Of a stretch of DNA of 64,000 nucleotides, positions 57,924-64,000 are shown piece after piece. Origin of the DNA: a bacterium (lineage in GTDB: Bacteria > Patescibacteriota > Patescibacteriia > UBA9934); contig JAQCKO010000002.1 in NCBI GenBank assembly GCA_027592325.1, forward strand, positions 18,392 to 82,391. Direction: 5' to 3'. The translations under genes were made by a program, and so were the position numbers. The notes beneath the pieces were generated by a model that saw only the letters and a program-made list of their open reading frames with translations, was not told where the DNA came from and did no database searches. The first letter of the stretch is position 1. Each line of letters starts with the position of its first letter.

Positions 57924-59135
57924 ATGAAAATCGGCATTGTAACAAATCTCTATCCGCCCTATGTACGCGGTGGGGCGGAGCAAATTGTGGCGCGAACGGT
58001 GAATGCCCTCCAAGAAATTGGGCAGGACGTTTTTGTCATTACAGCACAACCACATTGGCGTCGACGAGGAAAAAAAGAGATGAATTTAGAGCTTAGCGTT
58101 GAGCGAGTGTATCGATTCATTCCAAAAAACCTCTATTTTGTTCTTGATGATCACCGGCATACACTACCCGTCCGTTTACTTTGGCATATTATTGATACAT
58201 TAGGGATGTATCCGGGTCGACGGGTACGATCTATTTTGGAAGAAGAACGGCCCGATATTGTTATTACACATAATTTGAAGGGAATTGGTCTTTCGATCCC
58301 GCGCGCTATTCACCGTGCCGGTATTCCGCATATCCACATCGCCCACGATTTACAACTGATTTATCCTTCAGGGTTATTGATCGCTGGAAAAGAGAAAAAA
58401 TCGTTTTGGCTACGACCGATTTACGCACTGTACCGTGCGATTACAAAAGAACGTTTTTCTGGTACCGACGTTATGGTTTCTCCGTCGCAGTATTTAAAAT
58501 CGGTTTATGAGACACATGGTATATTCGAAGGCGCCGTGCATGAAGTTGTACCAAATCCAACTCCGCTGTTTACACCTAGATCACGCGAACATCGTCCTGA
58601 CGGAGCTCTGCGATTATTTTTTGCAGGGCAACTTGAGTATCATAAAGGTATAGAACTTCTCATTGACGCTGTGCAATCAATCGATATTCCGATTGAGCTC
58701 ATGATTGCCGGCGAAGGTACGTACCGGGAATATGTTAAAAAACTCGCAGCGAAATATGCACATATTAACTATCTAGGCTTTGTTTCGATGGATCAAATTG
58801 TGAGCTGTCTTGGGCTGGTTGATGCCGTAATCGTGCCATCGCTATGCTACGAAAATTCACCGACCATTATTTACGAAAGCTTCATGGCTGGAGTACCGGT
58901 AATCGCTGCAGACATTGGCGGTGTCGGTGAGCTGGTGAATAATGAAGATAACGGGCTTTTATTTACGCCGGGTGATAAAACCGATTTGATGCGTGTATTG
59001 CGCAGTATGGATGAACAAAAAGTTGAATATTTTGCGCGGCAACGGCGTATCCAAGAAACGGTAGTCAATTATTCGCTCGATCGATACCTTGATCGGCTTA
59101 TGGGTATTTTGGAATCGCAAAGACAAAAATCGTGA
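57924..59135 (+). CDS. Glycosyltransferase family 4
   Basis: YPPYVRGGAE, HKGIELL, ENSPTIIYESFMAG. Confidence 0.93.
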   Translation: MKIGIVTNLYPPYVRGGAEQIVARTVNALQEIGQDVFVITAQPHWRRRGKKEMNLELSVERVYRFIPKNLYFVLDDHRHTLPVRLLWHIIDTLGMYPGRRVRSILEEERPDIVITHNLKGIGLSIPRAIHRAGIPHIHIAHDLQLIYPSGLLIAGKEKKSFWLRPIYALYRAITKERFSGTDVMVSPSQYLKSVYETHGIFEGAVHEVVPNPTPLFTPRSREHRPDGALRLFFAGQLEYHKGIELLIDAVQSIDIPIELMIAGEGTYREYVKKLAAKYAHINYLGFVSMDQIVSCLGLVDAVIVPSLCYENSPTIIYESFMAGVPVIAADIGGVGELVNNEDNGLLFTPGDKTDLMRVLRSMDEQKVEYFARQRRIQETVVNYSLDRYLDRLMGILESQRQKS

Positions 59136-61131
59136 TCTCGTCATCAATGGTAAAGTGAAAATCTGCAATCGCATTCGTTTCCTCCAAAATACGGTCTGCA
59201 TCCCACCAGTAATGATTGAAGGTAAAAAAGATGAGCTCGGCGCCGGTAAGCGTGCGGGCTTTTTCTATTGTGTCGAGGGATGGAGTGTCTGTCATTTCAA
59301 GGTACGCTTCGTAAAGCGGACTTGACGTTGGGATTGGATAATAAAATTGGTCGCCGTAGTAGTGTGCAAAACCGAATTCTTGCAGTGCTGCAGAAGAGAC
59401 GCTTTGATTCGCCAGAACGGCGTAGGCATCTCCATTTGCCAGGGTTTCAATAGCATGTACTGCCTCGATGTCACTTACAGAGACATTGAATCCTCCGCTC
59501 CGGGCGAAGCTATCGTGCCGAGGAAACGTTCCGTAAATATTTGCGGCTACAAGAAGCAATAAAATGATGTATAGAGATGTAGGTGGTCTTTTTGCGACAA
59601 AAAACTCCGCGATGATCGGAAGGAACATGAGGCATGCAAATGGCAGTAAACGCTCGGCAAAGCTGTTACTTTCGTAAGCGATCACCGAAGAAAAGGTGAA
59701 GCTGGAGGCAAGAATGTAATAGTTGGCCAGAAGAGTGCCTGCAAACAGCAGAAGAGGTCGAGATGTTCTTTGTTTGCTTACAATGTGTGCAACGAGTGCT
59801 GCAGCGATCAATAGGACAACTTGCGCATCAAGAAATGCATAGGCACCGCTAAGTAAACTGTTTGTCGTTGCATGAATTTGCTCAGAAGGTGCAAACGAGA
59901 ATAGTTGCGTGAGATCAATAGGCGTTTTAACGTCGGTAAGGAACGATTGTGCGAGAAACGTTAGGGGGAGCGAAATAGCGGTGAGGATGAGTAAAGGAGT
60001 GGAGGTATGTCTTAACCAAACGGTTGTTGGTTGTGCGTTAGGGGCTCTAGATGCGAGGTATAGGCAAAAGAGGATGGTTGGTACACCGGCAATGGGATGC
60101 GTAAGGAGAGCGGCAAGAGCAAATATCCACTGTGCACTGCGTCCTCCATAGGCGTAAGATGAGCAGATTGCAAGAAACGCAAAAAGGAATCCAAGTGCTT
60201 GCGGAGTAGTTGTGACAAATAAGGAAAGCGGGAGAAGGAAGGGGAGAAATACCAGGAAGGAACGCGTTTTGTGGTGAGAAGTATGTGGTTGGTTTGAGAG
60301 GATCATTAGGGCACCGGAAGGCACGACAATAGCTGTAAAGAGCGGGATGAAAACACGATTGAATGTCTCAAAAGATAGCGCAAAGAGATGGTGAAAATAG
60401 AGTCCATTCACATATTCTCCAATATAATAAAGTGGTTTAGGCGTAATTGTTCCGAAATCTGCAATGTGCTGCATTGTCGCGGCATGAACAAATGGATCGA
60501 ATCCAAAACCGCTGGGATAAATGATGGATGGAATGATGAGGAAGGAAAAAAGCGATACGATGGAGAGCGGCAGGCTTAGTTCGGGCTTTTTTGTTGCAAC
60601 TACGTATCCCGATGCAATCAGTACAATAAACGCGATGATGATGAGTGGGCTCAGAACTTCCCATGGACTACGTACAGAAGTGAGTACCTCTGTGCGTCCA
60701 AGCCAAATCCAAATAAAAAGAAGTGTTGATGCAAAGAGACTCATCATTGCTGCTGTCACACTGCTGCATGGCGTACGCGGCATGCGTTCTCCTGACACAT
60801 GGGGACGCAATGCGTAAATCAAGCTAGAAATAAGAAGATGCAACCCAAAAAAGACCGACGCTGGAACGGGAAAAATGTAGTAGATGATGCTGCCAAAAAA
60901 GGCGATGAAAGCTAGTATCAAACTTGATCCAAAAATGAGCTGAAGCAGCGGCGCCTGTTTTTGCATGAGAGCTGTACCTGTGAGATACCCGCCAAGAAGG
61001 AGCCATGCGGTGAGCAGGGGAAGGGATATGCCTGAGAAGAATGTGGGTTCAACCGGCAAAATACCAAACAACAATGCAAGGGCACTCACCCCTACAAAGA
61101 CCTGTTTCATTCGAAAAATAGATGCATCCAT
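59098..61131 (-). CDS. Large polytopic membrane protein, GT-C-like
   Basis: More than 12 hydrophobic segments; loop motif GFGFDPFVH...PKPLYYIG; LLTHP; C-terminal soluble domain; start may be 61110. Confidence 0.65.
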   Translation of the reverse strand: MDASIFRMKQVFVGVSALALLFGILPVEPTFFSGISLPLLTAWLLLGGYLTGTALMQKQAPLLQLIFGSSLILAFIAFFGSIIYYIFPVPASVFFGLHLLISSLIYALRPHVSGERMPRTPCSSVTAAMMSLFASTLLFIWIWLGRTEVLTSVRSPWEVLSPLIIIAFIVLIASGYVVATKKPELSLPLSIVSLFSFLIIPSIIYPSGFGFDPFVHAATMQHIADFGTITPKPLYYIGEYVNGLYFHHLFALSFETFNRVFIPLFTAIVVPSGALMILSNQPHTSHHKTRSFLVFLPFLLPLSLFVTTTPQALGFLFAFLAICSSYAYGGRSAQWIFALAALLTHPIAGVPTILFCLYLASRAPNAQPTTVWLRHTSTPLLILTAISLPLTFLAQSFLTDVKTPIDLTQLFSFAPSEQIHATTNSLLSGAYAFLDAQVVLLIAAALVAHIVSKQRTSRPLLLFAGTLLANYYILASSFTFSSVIAYESNSFAERLLPFACLMFLPIIAEFFVAKRPPTSLYIILLLLVAANIYGTFPRHDSFARSGGFNVSVSDIEAVHAIETLANGDAYAVLANQSVSSAALQEFGFAHYYGDQFYYPIPTSSPLYEAYLEMTDTPSLDTIEKARTLTGAELIFFTFNHYWWDADRILEETNAIADFHFTIDDEITIFVFAIPKYP

Positions 61132-61147
61132 TCAGTATAGTGCTATG

Positions 61148-61735
61148 ATGCGTATTGTTATGCATAAAGCTCAGAAAGGCAAATTATATCTTCACGATTG
61201 GCTTTTTTTACCTGTGATTTGGTTTATCCCAAGATTGATTCGACCGAATCACATCACAATATTTCGATTTATTCTCGTCCCGTTTATGGCAATCTCGCTT
61301 CTGGCAGGAGAAATTGGAATTGGTGTCACACTGTTTATCATTGGTGGTGTGAGCGATATCATTGACGGTACGCTCGCGCGAGTCCGTAACCAGGTAACGG
61401 AATGGGGGACCTTTTTTGATCCTGTTGCCGATAAAATACTTGTAGGGGCAGCGGCGGTGATTGTGCTCATTCAACATGCACATCCGATAATTACATGGAC
61501 ACTGATAATTCTAGAATTGATGATTGTGGCTGGAGGAATAATTCGAAAGCGCATGGATCATGTGAAGCCTGCAAATTGGTGGGGAAAAATCAAAATGATT
61601 CTTGAAGTCGTTGGAATCTCAGCGATCATGATTTCTCTTATGACAGTGGGCGGCATATGGCTCGTATTTGGTCAGATTGTGCTGATCGTTGCCATTCTGT
61701 TTGCCTTTCTTTCTCTCGTCACATACTCTCTTTGA
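61148..61735 (+). CDS. CDP-alcohol phosphatidyltransferase family protein
   Basis: PNHITIFR and SDIIDGTLARVRNQVTEWGTFFDPVADK signature; start uncertain (61145/61148/61160). Confidence 0.92.
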   Translation: MRIVMHKAQKGKLYLHDWLFLPVIWFIPRLIRPNHITIFRFILVPFMAISLLAGEIGIGVTLFIIGGVSDIIDGTLARVRNQVTEWGTFFDPVADKILVGAAAVIVLIQHAHPIITWTLIILELMIVAGGIIRKRMDHVKPANWWGKIKMILEVVGISAIMISLMTVGGIWLVFGQIVLIVAILFAFLSLVTYSL

Positions 61736-61738
61736 CAT

Positions 61739-63373
61739 ATGTCGAAGCTCGGGATATTACGGACCCTCTTTGTTGCACTCGTCTTCCTTTATGGTGCGCT
61801 ATTTTTCTCCATGTCGATTGGAGCCACAACAGTGAATAGCCCCGATGCTAACGCGAATATTTTGTTCGCAAAGGCTATCGCAGAAACAGGATTGCCGCTG
61901 ATTGAACAGCCGATTGATTCCGAATACAATCCGATTCTTTTGCCGAGGAGTATGACGAGCATCAACGGCGTTTTGGTGCCGGTCACCTTTTTAGGATTTC
62001 CGGTTTTGCTTGGAATCGCCGAGGCAATCGTGCCTGGCGGAGCGATAGCTGTGACGCCAATTCTTGCGTTACTAGCGCTTTTTGCATTTGGTGCGCTTAT
62101 AGAAACATTGTTTTCAAATAGATCCTTTGGTGTACTTTCAGCGCTTCTACTTGCTCTCCACCCTGCGTTTTGGTATTACGGCATGCGTGTATACATGCAT
62201 AATGTGCCCTTTGTGGCGTTTGGAATTTTTTCAGCATGGTTTCTTTTTGCACGTCCCGTACGAGTGAAAGATTGGCTGAATGATGCACTTGCCGGATTCA
62301 CTTTTGCAGTCGCGGCATGGATTCGTACATCGGAACTTCCTTGGATGCTCGCGCTTCTTGTTATCTATATCGCGTATCGACTCATAAAAAGGAAGGACTG
62401 GATGGGTCCAGCAATCATGATCAGTTCAATTGTCATTGCAGCGATCCCAATGCTCGGTATGCAGACGACGGTTTACGGATCGCCATTTACGCTCGGATAT
62501 CAGGTGAGCCCAGAAAACCCGATTGTTTATGACGGCTATATTGATGAATTGGCTTATTTGGAAGATATTGCTGATGCACCATCGGGATTTTTATCGCGTG
62601 TACTTGATCCAATCCTGCCATTTGGTTTTTCTGAAAAAGCCGTTCTTCGGCACAGTACTCAGTATCTTTTCTTTCTGTATCCTTGGATGAGCGTTCTTGC
62701 GCTTGTTGGGATCGTTTTTATTCTCATCGAGAAAAAAGCGCGGAGTATACCGCAATTAAAGTGGCTCGCCCTTGCGCTTGGTATTGTTTCCGCATGGTTG
62801 ATTCCTGTCTACGGGAGCTGGGTTTTCAATGATAATCCTGATCCGACGCTTTCTACGCTTGGCAATTCGTATGTCCGGTATTGGTTGCCGATTTTCATTT
62901 TGCTCACGCCTCTTGCAGCGCATGGAGTTGAGCGCATGGCAAATGCACTTTCAAACGAGAAGCAGCGATTGAAGGTTATTTTGGTCGGCCTTATGGTGTT
63001 TGCTTGCTACATTGCTTCTGCTTCTCTCATTATCTACGGGCCGGATGGAGTGGGGCAAACCTACGGAGCATTAACATCATTTGAAGAGAAGCGTGATCGT
63101 ATTCTTGAGTTGACGGAAGAGGACGCGCTTCTGGTGGTTGATTCAAGTGACAAATATCTCTTTCCGCATCGCGCTGTGCGCACACCCTTGCGCGACAGTA
63201 CGACGTACTTGCTTATCCCAAAGATGATACAAGAACGGCCTGTTTACTACTTTGGGATATCGCTACCAGAAGAAGATCTTGCATATCTAGAAACGGATCT
63301 TGTGTATCCGCTCCAAATCGATTTGGTTGAAACCATCCGCGATGAGAGTCTTTATAAATTTTATGCGCCCTAA
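61739..63373 (+). CDS. GT-C fold membrane glycosyltransferase-like protein (PMT_2/ArnT-like)
   Basis: NSPDANAN loop after TM1, many TM helices, WIRTSE, YVRYWLP, C-terminal soluble domain. Confidence 0.7.
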   Translation: MSKLGILRTLFVALVFLYGALFFSMSIGATTVNSPDANANILFAKAIAETGLPLIEQPIDSEYNPILLPRSMTSINGVLVPVTFLGFPVLLGIAEAIVPGGAIAVTPILALLALFAFGALIETLFSNRSFGVLSALLLALHPAFWYYGMRVYMHNVPFVAFGIFSAWFLFARPVRVKDWLNDALAGFTFAVAAWIRTSELPWMLALLVIYIAYRLIKRKDWMGPAIMISSIVIAAIPMLGMQTTVYGSPFTLGYQVSPENPIVYDGYIDELAYLEDIADAPSGFLSRVLDPILPFGFSEKAVLRHSTQYLFFLYPWMSVLALVGIVFILIEKKARSIPQLKWLALALGIVSAWLIPVYGSWVFNDNPDPTLSTLGNSYVRYWLPIFILLTPLAAHGVERMANALSNEKQRLKVILVGLMVFACYIASASLIIYGPDGVGQTYGALTSFEEKRDRILELTEEDALLVVDSSDKYLFPHRAVRTPLRDSTTYLLIPKMIQERPVYYFGISLPEEDLAYLETDLVYPLQIDLVETIRDESLYKFYAP

Positions 63374-64000
63374 GTCTCAGCACATTTTATGGATAATCCC
63401 GGTTGCCCTTTTGATTGCATTTGTCATTATTGACATCGACCCATCGGGTGAGCGGTCATTTACATGGAAGCCTGAGGGTGGTTCGCGTGTGATGGACGAT
63501 TGGCTACCGCGTGAACGTACAAATGTCGAGCGCGATGTACTCCGCGTCATCGATGAACCTGTCTATGCCGCGCTTCATGTGCCGCGCAGAGAGTATGTCT
63601 CACTTACGCTCGATATGAATTTTGATCCGGAAGAACAAGATGTGGTTGAAGTAGGGGTGCTCACCGATATTTTTTCTCAGAGTTACCGGCTTGTTCCTGT
63701 GTATCATCGTTTGATTGAAGGGCTTGATTGGCAAGTTGATTACTATGATGAACTCGCGCTTTATACACGCCCGGGTGCTAAAGTGTATTCTTCTCTCGAG
63801 GAATTCTACGCATCTGAAATGTCACATGCGCGTATTGCGACGTATCATGCCGATCTGCTGAAGGTGTATAAAGAAGAGGATTATCGTCCGTTGGGCGGGA
63901 CGCGTACGATCGATTCAAACCTGCGTGGGTTTCATCAGTTTGTCACGTATATTGAAGGAGAGAAGATTGAGTTGACACTCACATATCAGGATCTAGATGA
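63363..64000 (+). CDS. Membrane-anchored hypothetical protein, 5' part (runs off the window)
   Basis: ATG 63363, MRPKSQHILWIIPVALLIAFVIIDIDPSG..., frame stays open to the window end. Confidence 0.7.
   Translation, partial: MRPKSQHILWIIPVALLIAFVIIDIDPSGERSFTWKPEGGSRVMDDWLPRERTNVERDVLRVIDEPVYAALHVPRREYVSLTLDMNFDPEEQDVVEVGVLTDIFSQSYRLVPVYHRLIEGLDWQVDYYDELALYTRPGAKVYSSLEEFYASEMSHARIATYHADLLKVYKEEDYRPLGGTRTIDSNLRGFHQFVTYIEGEKIELTLTYQDLD

Noticed and set aside
60965-61144. N-terminal extension of the CDP-alcohol phosphotransferase ORF
   Set aside because: Overlaps the divergent 59098-61131 gene; family similarity starts after about 61160

Overview
Chromosomal segment of a small-genome bacterium whose gene content and style (short thrS and pgi, NLPY-type PrmC, DUF5667, baseplate-J-like membrane protein, 'GDLIK...AVYY' surface domain, genes without Shine-Dalgarno (SD) sites) point to Patescibacteria/CPR, probably ABY1/Uhrbacteria-like (inference). 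It carries housekeeping genes (pheT 3' end, pgi, dnaE, thrS, miaA, gatB, gyrB, secE-nusG-rplK-[orf]-rplA, rodA, rplY, prmC-prfA-rpmE, HU), a clustered thymidylate pathway (tmk, dut, thyX, dcd) and a large cell-envelope region (GT4/GT2/GT-C glycosyltransferases, O-antigen-ligase-like protein, ECF sigma plus DUF5667 protein, a ~1375-aa acidic S-layer-like protein, RND pump, type IV pilin, S8 protease). I saw no rRNA, tRNA, CRISPR array, transposase or integrase. The most interesting signals are non-coding or cross-gene: (i) a miniature T-box riboswitch with an ultrashort Stem I and a terminator upstream of thrS, with the whole unit bracketed by inverted composite repeats; (ii) a divergent control region with a SigX-type promoter and an inverted 12-mer pair, driving ECF sigma-DUF5667-structured leader-S-layer one way and HTH-MATCAP-like peptidase the other; (iii) a ~120-aa surface module shared by the S-layer-like protein and the S8 protease; (iv) apparently leaderless core genes versus SD-led orphan cassettes, including two micro membrane proteins below the ORF-track cutoff; (v) several dispersed repeat families and a perfect 50-bp palindrome. 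All calls are by eye; no database searches were run.
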